Assembly (NCBI GenBank): GCA_907165135.1
Contig: OU015568.1
Location: 310,001 to 374,000 of the forward strand
Source: Oikopleura dioica
Taxonomy: Eukaryota; Animalia; Chordata
Direction: 5' to 3'
DNA: 64,000 nt
In this document: piece by piece, positions 1 through 11,693 of the stretch
How positions within the stretch are numbered: the stretch's first letter is position 1
How the letters are laid out: every line of letters starts with the position of its first letter
Translations under genes and position numbers: made by a program
Notes under the pieces: model-generated
What the model was told of the DNA's origin: nothing
Seen by the model: only the letters and a program-made list of their open reading frames with translations
Database searches by the model: none

Positions 1-3000
1 CACCGGCTGGGAAAGAATATGAGCTGGGAAATGACTTGCGATAAAGATACCTTTTGAGCAACATAACCCGAGTGCGCAGATGGTGGGAGGTTCACGAGCA
101 CTAGAATAGAAAGTTCAAGAGGCATAAGAGGAACTTTAATTTACCTTGACGCCCTTGGCCAATGGGTTGATACATTCTAACAGTTCCAAATGACTGCGGC
201 GCGATGAAGTTCGATACGACTTGAGCGGTCTTTTGGCCTTGCCCAACCTGCTGTGCGTTGATGACTGTGCCGGATTGCATCGCCACTGGTCGCTGGATAA
301 TGACCTGCTGAGAGGCAGAAGAGCTTGTGGTCATTCTCGGGCCAGTAATGATCTGCGCTTGAGTAGTCAGCGGCATGTTTGGACGAAGCGTTCCCTGTGG
401 AAGAGAAGCAGGAGTGCTTGGTGTCAAGATAACTGGCCGGGGAACCTTAAAAGGATGAGAGTCAGGGAAAATAAACGGAGAATGAGTACCATGACAGCAG
501 TAAGTCGAGGAGAGAGGGCAGTTGGTTGAATCGTCTGAATCGTCGGCTGCTGAATGGTCATGATTCCCGTCGGCTTCTGAGTCGGATGAAGCGTCGTAGA
601 AGCACCCGCTAATCTGATCGGCCCAGGAGTGTACCGCTTCGAAGCAGGCGGAACAATCGTCTCCAGCTAAAGAAGCAAGATATCAGGTAAATCCAGGTAA
701 GAAAAGGGTACCTTTGAGTTGTTGGGAAGTTGAATTTGAACAGGGGTCGAAAAGCCGGAGTTGGAAGCGTTGCTGATTTCGCTGGTTCCAGAAGCAGTTG
801 AAAGTTTTCTCTCTACTCTTTCTAACAAATCCGACTTGATAAGCTCTGACTGGCTGTGTCTTCGATCCGGGAGTGATACTGAATGATGAATATTAGTTTC
901 TCCTGCTTTACAAGCACGATTGTAAGAGCTCAATCGCGCGCTTTCAAAATATATTCCGATTGCTCATGTTTCTGATTGCTCAAGTCTATCTACCTTTGAC
1001 GGGAGAACTAAGTTTTGGAGCAGCTTGATTTGCTCTGAAGGGAGATGTATTTCTTTCTTGAGGTTTCGCTTCAATTTTAACTTTAGGTTCATCAATGACA
1101 GGAGCAGCAGTCGTGACTGGAGCCGGTGGAGCAACAACAGATGGTTCTGGCAGTTGTTGAGGTTCAGCCTTTATTTCAGTTTTCTTGACTGGTTCCGGAG
1201 CTGCTTCAGATTTAAAAGATGGTCGACGTTCTTGTAATTTGAAACGTTTTCTAAAAAGGTTTTCGGGAAGATCAGCTGGAGCTGGACTAAACAGCGGCTC
1301 GCTCTTCTTCGTTGGAGTCTCTGGCTGAGCTGGCTTGGGGATGACAACGAGGTTTTCTTTGATTTCGGTAGCTTTTTGGTCGTCTCTGACGACTTTGGCC
1401 GGCGGTAACTTGGGCTCAAACGGCTTCTCAGGCGAGATGACAGTTTCCGCTTTCTTTTCGGCGCTTCGTAGTCTTCCTCCAGCCCCGCAAGGGCCGCGTC
1501 TAGCTCTGCGTTCCTGTCACAGTCATCCTTCGGATCCGATTTTTGATCTTCCTCGGTTTCTTTCGCCTCGTTCTTGTCTTCGAAAGAGAGGTTTTTCACC
1601 GCATCGTTGACGATCGCGTTTCCTTCGTCGTCATTTTCCGGAACGCTGGCTCTTCGATACTTGCCAGATTTTTTCTTGCTCGAGCCGGACTTTGTCTTGC
1701 GTCGCATCATATCTTCCATGCGTTCTCGAACAGACTGATTCGTCTTGTCGACTTCGTGGATGTCCAGCGGCTCAGATGATGGCTTCGGTGAGAGGATTTC
1801 ACTAGTCGGAGAGCTAGAATGTGCGGCGGATTCTTGTGAAGAAGCGGAGATCTTGCGACTTGGCGAGGCGCTTGTTTGTTTCTTTTCTTTGTGCTTTCGT
1901 TCTGCTCCTTCGACGTCAGAGCTGGTCTTACGGCTCTTTTTGCGCTCTCTGCTTCGCTCTTTCTTTTCCTTTTTGTGCTCTTTTTCGCTCTTGGTGGAGG
2001 CGCGTCGCTCTGATCCGTGTTGCATCATCTTGAGTTTTTCACTCTCGTTTTCGACATCTTCTAGTTCTATTTTGACCATTTCTCCGTTGACAGAAGAGTC
2101 TTCCATCGGCTCGGTTTTCGAGGTTCCAGTGTCAGTTCCGTTGTTCGAAGCGGATGGGAATGGCTCTTCTTTAGGAAGAAACAATTCCTGTTCCATCTTC
2201 TCCGCTGGGATCTCCGTATTGTTTTGAACAGGCTGTTGGACGCCGATACCAAGGACTTCATTAACAGCGGCGGATAAGTGCTCGAGATCAGTTTGAATCG
2301 AGCTGTTCCAGTCCTGGTAGAAGTCGAAAACGCCTAAAAAAAGATAAAAACCAACCCGTTTTCAACGATTTCTCACCTGGTTTATCGACAAATGGCGACT
2401 CTGTCGTGACATCTGCACTCATCCAAGGTGATTTCTCAATCCTCTTCCTGTCCTCTTCGAAGATGTCCCAACGCTTGACATTCGAGTCGATCAAGAACTC
2501 CTCGGGCTTGATGATTCGCTGCAGGTAAGTTTGAACTTTCGCCTGTTCCATCACGCCGCTTCCGGAAGTGTTTTTCTTGGTGATGCGAGCCCCGAACGGA
2601 AGCTTTCTAGTTTCCCCAGAGCTGCCCGAAGCGTCAGCGTACTCTCGATGGGGCGTTGGAGTCCCTAGAAAGTGAGTTTAACGGCAGTTGATGGTGGGAT
2701 AGTTACATGTGTTGTTGCATTCGAAGAGGTGCTCCAGGGACGGGTTTTCGCGTGGGGGCGTTTTTTGCAGAACTAGAATCGAGTTTTTATACCCGTTGGA
2801 TAATTTTCAAGTTACCTGGAATGTAGGGCTCGTCTGCCTCCGGAAGATGCTCAGCCTCCTGCCTTACTTCACTCAGCAGCTGCAAGATCTCCTTCCGGAA
2901 GTCGTCGTAGTCTTCATCGCCAATAGCTCGCATCGGGTCCTCCAAGAACTTTTTCTTTGGCCCAGCTCGCAGCAAAAATGACTTCTTCGGATTGGCAGGC

Positions 3001-6000
3001 TGTGCTTGCGGCTTTTTCTTCGCCTCTTGAAGCTCTTTTTTCTTTTGCTCTTCTTTTCGCTTTCTGGCTTCTTTTTCCTGCATTTCTGCTGCTGCGTTGC
3101 TGCTGTGTGAATTGCCATTTTGAAGAGAGGTGTTTGCCTTTTGGGCCATTCTAAAATAAAAATATATTCTATAGAATCTTATTAAATAAAGGTCATCATC
3201 ATACTTTGAGAACTTGCGCTTTCTCGGATCTTTTAGTTTGAACATTTCGTTTTTTAAGTTTTTCTTTTTCTTTTTTAGAGTGAATTAAATTAGGTTTAGT
3301 GTTCCAAAAACCGGCTTATTATGTTGCCTTAATTTTTTTATATATTGCCTAATTAACTTATCCATTCTCATTAAATCCGTCATCAATTACGGTTGAGTGA
3401 TTGAGATTGACGTAAGATTAAATTGTCGGGAATATTCCTATAGCTATTCGAAAACTTACTGTTTCTTTTTGCCATGTTTTCCCATCGCCGCACCAGAATA
3501 TCCACTGGTCGGCACTTGTTGCTGTGGATTGCTGCGCTTCGGGCTCATCAAAGTTTCCTCCCTCGGCTTTTCCCGTGAGCTAGAAAGAACTGGGGAAGTC
3601 TGAGCATGATCTTGCCCAGGCTTCTTTGGCTTCTGAGCCGGAGTACTCGCGCTTGCTGGAACTGGAAGCACTGGAAGCACAATCGGCGCACTTTTCTTAC
3701 TCGTCAGAGCCGCGTGTTTTAGTTTTTCTTCTTCATCTTGATTAGATGTAGCGTTCGAATCCTCATCCTGAAAGTTTGATTAGTTAACAATCGAAAATAG
3801 TTTTGAAATAACCTTCAACTGGCGTCTGTCCAAGAGCTTCTTGACAGAAGTATCATCTGCAACTTTATGCGTTTTGACCGGCGAAGTCGGACGGGAAGTA
3901 TTCTTCTTTGCGCCGAGCATTTCGTCGAGTACTTTTTGTGATGGCAGCGGTAGCTTGTGTGGGACGGCGAGCTCGATCGGCTTGTTACTCTTGGTGACGA
4001 CGACGTTTCCTGTGGCAGTGGTGGAAGTGACTCTTTTGGATTCGGATTGGATGGCTTCTCCTCTTTCCGTGTTTTTGAAGTGATCATTGTCGATTGTTAC
4101 TTTAGGATTGTAGGAACCGGCACCGGCAGTTGCGCTGGCCGAAGAGTCGAACGGCGGTTTGTTGTGTTTTGTTTGAATTTCCTGGGAAATGTTCTTACGC
4201 ATTTGCTCCAACTGAGCCTCGGACAAGTCCATCATTCTTTTCCTACTCGATGAGCGATCCGTCGACGTCGATCTATCTGAGGAACTGTCGCTCGTGCTCG
4301 TTTTCGATTCACTGCGTCCCCGACGCTCGCGGTACTTCTTCCTTTCTCTGCTGGAGCGCTTTTTCTTTCGCTCGTAGCGCGATTTCTTCGACTTCTTCAT
4401 CTTCTTTCTGCTTCTGCCGCTATCGGGCGAGCGTGAACGCGAACGGGAATAGGAAGAAGACGATGTGGATGACGATCCGCGTCGCCGATCGCCTCTTCTT
4501 CCTCGCGGGCTTTGTGGGGAATGAACTCTTCCGAACGAGACGGTCCCTTTTGACTTCTTTCTTCTCGGCGAATCCCGACCACGGGAGCGGGAACGCGATC
4601 TCTTTGAACGGTAACGCTCTCTGGAACGAGAACGTGAGTCACGTGACCTGTATCGCTTTCGCTCCGCCGAGTTGTCTCGATCGATTCGCTCCGAGAGCTT
4701 TGTGTACTTGCGGTACTCGTAGTCGCTCCCAATCATTCGGAACTCGTCGTCTTCTTGCGCTTTTTTCAACTTGGCGATGATATCTCCCCAGTGGTTGATG
4801 ATTTCCGAGCGGGAAAGGACGTTATTCTTGTGCATATCATCAGTTACGGATTGAACTAGCTCTTCGGAAGCAAAGTCGCAGGACCAGCGGGAATTCGTCA
4901 ATTTTCGACGGTTTTCTTTGAACTCGATGTAGGCTTTGTTGGACCCAACTACGTCCGAATACGCGACAAGAATTTGGCTCTGCTTGGGACTACGTCTATT
5001 CTAGAGTTCAATGAGAGTTTTTTCGGCATTCAGCTATTAAGGGAGCAAAGAAGTCCTTATAACAGCTAAAATTAAAGCTTTGATGAACCCTTGCCTGTCT
5101 AGAATCAAGCTTCTCACAGTGCCAAACTGTTCAAAAACTCGTCTGAAGAACTGCTCCCCATATTCTGGATCAATATCGTGACCTCGATGCGGCAATGAGC
5201 CAGAGAACCAAAGCACTTGGCTCTTAATGCTTCTGGCGTAGCAAGTCGCGACGATGTTTTTTCCTAGTTTTTCTCGTTGCATGCGATGGACAGCAAGTCT
5301 GGCGTCGTCCAGCTTGGCGAATTGAACGAAGGCGTAGCGAGTTACTCCGTTGATCTTTTTCAAGTCGATTTTCAGGATTTTGCCGTATTTGAAGAACTGG
5401 CGCTTCAGGTCTTCGTAAGTTGTCACTTTTTCCAAGTTTCCGATGAAGAGAGTTCGGGAGGAGAAGAACGGGAATTCGCTATAATATCGTTAGACTCTAA
5501 CGGTTAGAGGTGGGTGAGATAAGAAGGGGTTTAAATTTCTTGGAAAGACAACTTTTTCATTGTTTTTTTCGAAAAAAATAAAAATCTGGTTCGTTGATTT
5601 GAATAAAAAATTTTGATCCCAATAAATAGTCCAATAACGTCCAATAAATCCAATAGAAACCCCCTAAAAAGTGGCCCCAAAATTTACCCAAAATGCCCAA
5701 ATTCGGACTTTATTTCGTAATTTGTGACGTCATAAAGTCAAAATTTTTAGGTCAAACCTAGCTAAGTCGACTCAGAATTTTCTGCTCTTTCTTCTGAGCA
5801 TGAAAAAATTTTTTACGAAAATTTGCCTCAAGTGAAGATTTTTAATTTCATCTTTTATGAACCTAAAATTAATTAAAGTTTTCTGAAATGGAGAAACCAT
5901 AATGAAAAATCATACTCGACAAATATAATTTTATATGTATTCGAAGAATCAGAGCGGGCAAATGATAGACAGCAATGAGTATCTGATACTATCGAAGTTC

Positions 6001-6712
6001 TGACAAGCTACTAGAAGGCTCGATATGGAAAACGTATCGACTCCTTTTGGAAGCTATCAGATTTCGAGTTTTGATGAGCAAACGCGCAGTCTGATGCAAA
6101 AAAGCCATTTTACCGGATAATTACCCGGGATAAAGCCTGATTTCGAAGACAATTGTTCGATGTTTGATGCAAAGAACGCGCATTTAAATCTGTTAAAGTT
6201 TTACTCTCGTAAAAAAAGCTATTTCACGAAAAGTAACCCAAAATCCTGAAAAAACTCGTTGTTCAACCGACATTTCGATGCTTTTCCAACCATCTTTATA
6301 CTGCAACTTACTGTCTATCACTTTCGGACGAATCATAAACGTCCAAAATCGCATTGAAAAGGTATCTTCCATCAGTGGCTTCGCAAGCTCTTCTGACTTC
6401 TCTTTTCTCGCTCAAGAAAACCACCGCCACTCGGTTGTCTTCTTTGTCGTCCAAAATCACATTCTTGACAGTTCCATACTTCTTGTACTCATTTCTGATG
6501 TGTTCTTTCAGCGTTTGATGCTTGTGCCGTTTCGAAAGATTCAAAAGGGTGCAGGTAAATCGCGCTTGACGGCGATTCTGGCTATCCGAATCGTCCGAAT
6601 ACGGGTCCAGCTGCTGGGAATCTGGTTCATCGCTAGAATACTTAGATTTAGAGCAATTTCGCGGCGGATATGGCTTTTTAAAATTTGCGCGAACAAAATT
6701 GCGCTCCTTCAT
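1..6712 (-). CDS. SPEN: SPEN/Msx2-interacting protein (split ends) homolog, multi-exon, 3' part outside the window
   Basis: RRMs 'RTLFIGNLEKVTTYEDLKRQFFKYGKILKIDLKKINGVTRYAFVQF...QVLW' closely match SPEN RRM2/3 (RTLFIGNLEKTTTY...IDIKKVNGVPQYAFLQY). These are followed by RS-rich and long K/E/S/P low-complexity exons. First intron ~5480-6311. One apparent homopolymer frameshift near 1455. Confidence 0.85.
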
Positions 6713-6902
6713 TATAAAAAACCAATTTTTGACGAAAAAGAGTATTTTCTAAAGAAATAAACAAAATGAAACGAATAATTCAAGAGATTTTTCGCGAAAG
6801 AAAGTGCAAAATTCAACTCAACTCATCTGATCATGAGAAAGTGCGATTATTCCAGGAAAAAAAGAATCATCTTTCTTCATGACTTCCGGGCTTTGTAAAA
6901 AA

Positions 6903-7035
6903 GGGGGCAATTCTAACGGGAAAATCCTCCGAAATGGTGCCAACTTAACGTTTTTGATGTTTTCTCAACGATTTGTACTGAAAACTCCGCTATATTGGGG
7001 ACATTTCAGAGGATTTTGCCCTTTAAAATGGTCCC
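6903..7035. mobile_element. MITE-like inverted-repeat element
   Basis: gggggcaattctaacgggaaaatcctccgaaatg pairs imperfectly with catttcagaggattttgccctttaaaatggtccc. Confidence 0.6.
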
Positions 7036-7790
7036 TTCTTGAAAAATCAGGAAGAAAAATTAAATAAAATGAAGAAAAATGCATTTTTTCCTATTATGAA
7101 ATTGTTTACAATATTTTTTTTCTTACCTTTCTGCGTCGCTCATTTCTTAGTTCTTATTTTCATAAATTCTTTTCTTCGAATATTTTTCCTCTTATTTTCT
7201 AATCCTCTTCTTTCATTGCCAATTTTCGCTGAGTAGTAATTTCGTTGAGAAAGCAAATTTTGGCGGAAGAAAAGAATCGCCCCACGACTGGTCAGATCGA
7301 AGTTCGCCTACGCCCAGGGCGCAATTATTCAATCCCTTTTTTCTTTCTAAAATTCTTGAGAAGCGAAAAGTGAGGAAAAATAAGAAGTTCAAGCGTTTTA
7401 AAAATTAGAAAAAAATTTTCGTGAATATATTTTTTAGCACTAATTTTGTGAGAAATCTGTGATTTGTGTTAATTACTGTTATTCAAGCTCGATTTTTTAT
7501 TTTGCCGAAAATTCTAAATTCGGAGAAAAAGTCCCTAGATTCTTAATTATGAGTCATAAAAGAATTGGTTCGTTCTGAGCCAGAAAGAGATTCGCCAATC
7601 TGATTCGCCGAGCTCTCAAGCTCGTGTGTTTCCACTTTTCCGACTTTTCCGAACCTGTTTCAAAATCCAGAAAAATTTTTGTTTTTCAAGAGAATGAAAA
7701 GAAACTGAAGACTCTAGTCATTTTTAGGACTCTCTAAAAGAGCGTTTTTCCTCTGTTACCTGCTGGGCAATTTGTTTAGAAAACCTGTGT

Positions 7791-7966
7791 CAGGTTTTGA
7801 AGAGCCTAACTGAATATCTGTGCAGCGGCTTTTCATAAACGAAGCCGCAAAGCGGCTTCAAAATTACTTGAAGGTTGATACCTTTAGCAATATCGCCTAG
7901 CCACTTAGCGGCTTCGTTTTTCAAAAAGCCGCAACGCGTCTTTTCTGTTAGGCTTCACAGAACCTG
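7791..7966. mobile_element. Palindromic MITE upstream of the RRM gene
   Basis: Ends caggttttgaagagcctaac ... gttaggcttcacagaacctg, with internal inverted gcggctttt..cgaagccgc blocks. Confidence 0.65.
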
Positions 7967-8032
7967 GTCTAGATAACCTTGCCCCCGTATATCTGTTTTA
8001 TAACCTGGAATTACCCTTTTCAATTATCAGAT

Positions 8033-8602
8033 ATGTCGTACGGAGGTGACCAGGGCGGCTACGGCGGTGGTGGCGGCGGCTACGGTGGCGGAGGCGGCTA
8101 TGGCGGCGGCGGTGGAAGCTACGGCGGCGGTGGTGGCGGCTATGGCGGTGGCGGCCGAAGCTACGGAGGCGACCGTGGCGGCGGAGGATACGGTGGTGGC
8201 GGATCCTACGGCGGCGGCGGTGGTTTATCCTCTTTTCTCAGCGGCGGACGCGGTGGTGGCCGAGGCGGCTACTCTGGTGGCGGAGGAGGCGGCGGCGGCG
8301 CCCGATCGAACGGCCCTTCCGTCTTTGTCGGAAATCTCCCCTGGAGCGCGCAAGAACACGAACTCTCCGAACTTTTCAGCGCTCACGGCCAAGTCGTCAA
8401 ATTCAGAATCCTCGTTGACCGAGAAACCGGCCGATCCAGAGGTAAGACTTCTTCTTTTCTTCGAAAGTCTCACAAGCTAACTTTAGGAATGGGCTTTTGC
8501 GAGTTCGCTGAAGAGTCCTCCTGCCAAGCGGCGATCGACAGTCTCAACGGACACGACTTCAACGGCCGTCAAATTCGCGTCGACCACGCCAAGCGCAACT
8601 AG
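8033..8602 (+). CDS. Glycine-rich RNA-binding protein (N-terminal YGG/RGG repeats, C-terminal RRM)
   Basis: ATG at 8033, then GGYGGG repeats. RNP2 is VFVGNL. RNP1 RSRGMGFCEF is restored by removing the 45-nt GT-AG intron 8442-8486. Confidence 0.9.
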   Translation: MSYGGDQGGYGGGGGGYGGGGGYGGGGGSYGGGGGGYGGGGRSYGGDRGGGGYGGGGSYGGGGGLSSFLSGGRGGGRGGYSGGGGGGGGARSNGPSVFVGNLPWSAQEHELSELFSAHGQVVKFRILVDRETGRSRGKTSSFLRKSHKLTLGMGFCEFAEESSCQAAIDSLNGHDFNGRQIRVDHAKRN

Positions 8603-9659
8603 TCTGATTCCCCTCCACTGACTCCCCTTATCACCGACTCTCTCGATCCCCCTCCCCTTGTGTTATTCAAGCGTTCATTTGATTATCTGCAATTTCAACT
8701 GCCACTGTGGTTCAAGAGCCCAATCGTACCTGTTCATACTGATGTCTGCTCCCACTCTGCCTCAGAATTTCTTATATTCGCTCTCGTACTACGCAAATAT
8801 AAACATCAAAATCCAAAGAAAAAAACCGTTTCTTCGCGCTTTCTAGCATAAAATCAACAGCAAAAGCAGGACTTGAGGATTGTATGAATTGAAAAGAAGC
8901 AATGTCTGACTCGGAAACTTGTTTAAAAAGCCTGAATCAGGGTGCTTGGAAAGCAGATTTGACAGTTTTATAGAATCGCAAAGCAAACACAAGTTTTGAC
9001 TCTGTCGAAAACTGGATGTCAATCTGGAAGGGTGAACTCTTTCAAGTCTGGACTCTAGGGTTGAGACCGCCCTTTATCTGCTTCTCGAATAAAAGCTTTT
9101 CTAGATATGCTCTTTCGAAAGTTGAGTGGGAAACCAAAACGCTCGACAAAGGCAAAACTTTTCCGAAAATTTTTCAGAAAAACGGCGCCATAAGAGTGTT
9201 ATCTGTTTGGCAAATATTGTTTAAAACAATTTATGACGGCCATCAAATGATTAATATGCCCACCCTCTGGACCAAGTGCACATCTTGAGTGAACAGCTCG
9301 GCTTCGATTTGAAAGTCAAAGACGATTACGATCAAAGCAGCTAGGACTTGAGAGAAACCCTTGGATGAGAAAAAAACGTGCGATCTGATGATTTAAATTT
9401 AATGAATTTTCATTAACGTCGATAGGTTGTATCAGAGTCAATCAGGAAAGATGAGATTTTTAGGGTTGACAGAAGATTTTCTCTTTCTTTGGAACAAATC
9501 TCTTCTTTCGCATGAAACACCTGACGCTCTTCATATTTGGCGAGCCAGTCTCACATCTTTATGAAAATAACAAATTGAAACCTTTTCGTTGAAAAGTAAA
9601 ACTTTGAAATCATTTCCTAAATTGACATCCGAAGGGATTGCAAATTGCTCCCACGCCTT

Positions 9660-9830
9660 CTCCCAAGGTAATTTCGCTGTTTTCAATCGTTCCGCAAGGT
9701 GATGGTTTCTCAAGTTTACTTGGAATCTTCGCAGGAAGTGGGCGTTTTGCTGGTTTTTTGCTCGGAAATTTATGTGGCGCCTTGTTTGGAGATGAGCAAG
9801 ATATTTCCGAGTTTGGCCTGAAAGAAAGTA
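9660..9830 (+). pseudogene. Fragment resembling an MFS-transporter transmembrane segment
   Basis: Reads SLFSIVPQGDGFSSLLGIFAGSGRFAGFLLGNLCGALF. A homologous segment lies at ~61882-61967 on the - strand. Confidence 0.35.
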
Positions 9831-9853
9831 GAGAAATAATTTTTGGTCAAAAA

Positions 9854-10453
9854 CTACCTCGGCCAAAATTTCGAAGTCTTTTTAATGCACTTGATGATTT
9901 TTGGTTTTGGGATTCTCCCTGCAGAGCACTCGACCTTGCACAGATTATTCGAACATCTCGCCAAAGATCCTTTTGGAAAACTGAAATGTTCCAAAACTGG
10001 TCCGCAATCCGTCAGAGGTCCAAAGGCCAGACCACTTGCTTCTTTGACAACATCTGGTGTTCCTTCAGCGATGATTAAATTAGAGAAGGACGAGAGGAAA
10101 GGTCTAGTTTCGGGCTCTTTTGGAAACAAAGGAGTCTTTGGGGGGACTTTTTTCGGAGGTTGAATTTTCGCCGAGTTGCAGTAAATCTTCGTTCTTGGGA
10201 GAGCATTCCAGCTTCCATCTTAAAACGACGACATTAAAAGATTTTAAATGAAAGACTGAGTCTCACCTTTGCAGCTGACGGACTCTGGATCACCTTCTCT
10301 AATCCCATTTGAGCATTTTAGCGAACACTTTCTATCATTCGTGCAATAATGCCTCACAGAACTACCCATTCGAAAATATTGTCGGAGAGGAGGACATTCT
10401 CCGGGAAACTGCGCTAATGAAAATGTGAAAATCAAAGAACTTAAAATCTTCAT
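9854..10453 (-). CDS. Small secreted protein with two Sushi/CCP-like Cys modules
   Basis: Signal peptide MKILSSLIFTFSLA; CPPL...CSLKC...SVSCK|DGSW...IYC; second module DCGPV...CKVEC...IIKC...FWP. One short intron at ~10221-10267. Confidence 0.6.
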
Positions 10454-10600
10454 TTGTTAAATAATCTATAGCTCTGAGTGAAGTGGGGTTTTTATAATTT
10501 CGCGAGCCGCAAGGTGTCAGAAAAACCCGTTTTGCTGACAAGAAATGTGGCTTTTGAGATTTTTTTTTGAACTTTTTTTTTTCTTTCATTCAAAGTTTTC

Positions 10601-11065
10601 TCAGAATAGAATGTTTATTGATAGCAGAATCACAAGAAAAGAAGATAATAAACAGGCTTTAGAACTGGACTGGAGATTGCCACGAATTTCCGGAAGATTT
10701 TCAGTCGCATTTTCTGATGAAGAATTTGAAGAATCTCGCAAGAACAAAACCTACAAAATATTTTTTGTTTAGTTTTTCGGACTCGATGTTGTTGTACAAA
10801 ATTTAAAAGAAGATTATCTTGCTATCTATTAGCTTTTTAGCTTTTTTATATCAAATTATGAAAATGTTACCTCTCCCTTTTCGCGATTTTTCGGGGGTTG
10901 TTCCGTCGGCTCGCCGTCAAAATTAAAAACATTGAATCCCGTGGACCCGCGCATCTGATTATGCAGTTCTGGATTTTTCCTCTTATACTCTTCAAGTAAT
11001 TCTTCTTTGGTCTCTGCCGCTATGACCTGAGCAAGCAAAAATAAGGAAAAACTATTTACTTTCAT
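10601..11065 (-). CDS. Small secreted, probably GPI-anchored protein
   Basis: Signal MKVNSFSLFLLAQVIAA. Exon 2 ends in a Ser-rich stretch and a hydrophobic tail ACLLSSFLVILLSINILF*. Confidence 0.55.
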
Positions 11066-11693
11066 GTTTTTCTTTCTCAAGATCAAAAAACGCTTTCTAG
11101 GATTGAGTGAGTGAGAGAGCTCGAAAAAAGCAGCTGGATTAAACAAGATGTCAGAATTAATTGGTGGCGCTAGAAAAAGATGTCGGAGGCTAATGCTGAT
11201 AAGCAGCGCGAATTATTAACCGCGAGCGCATACTTTTACGGTTTGAACTTGTCGGTAGCTCACTTTGATCACGATAAACGATTTCTTCTTGCTATAAGCA
11301 ATCAACAATTAAAAGTAATTAGGGAGCTTTCTTCGATAAAACTGCAGGTTTGTTCAGTAAGATATTCGACCATACCTCGCATCTCGTTATTTTCCCGCAA
11401 ATCAGAATGATAAGTCAATATCTTCGAGTAACGATGCATGACGGAACAAGGTTCTTTCTAAAAATCGGCGTTTTCGAGACGATATCTGATGTTCGCCACA
11501 TAAAAACGATCTAAGACTCCGAATTTTTCCTATCGTAGAAGATGAGAGAAAAGAGATTTTTGATACTTCTTTCGCTTTTTACCGAAATTCATGCTTTAGG
11601 CTGGGTTCAAGATCGCTATGAAACAAGAAAGTGATGCGTTTAGTCGTCGTGTAGTTCATTTTTATATATTAATTGTTCTATTTTTCTAAATAG

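Noticed and set aside
1335-4780. Plus-strand ORFs overlapping SPEN
   Set aside because: Antisense shadows of low-complexity coding sequence, with no motifs.
8900-9420. Short exon-like segments downstream of the RRM gene
   Set aside because: No consistent reading frame or recognisable product.
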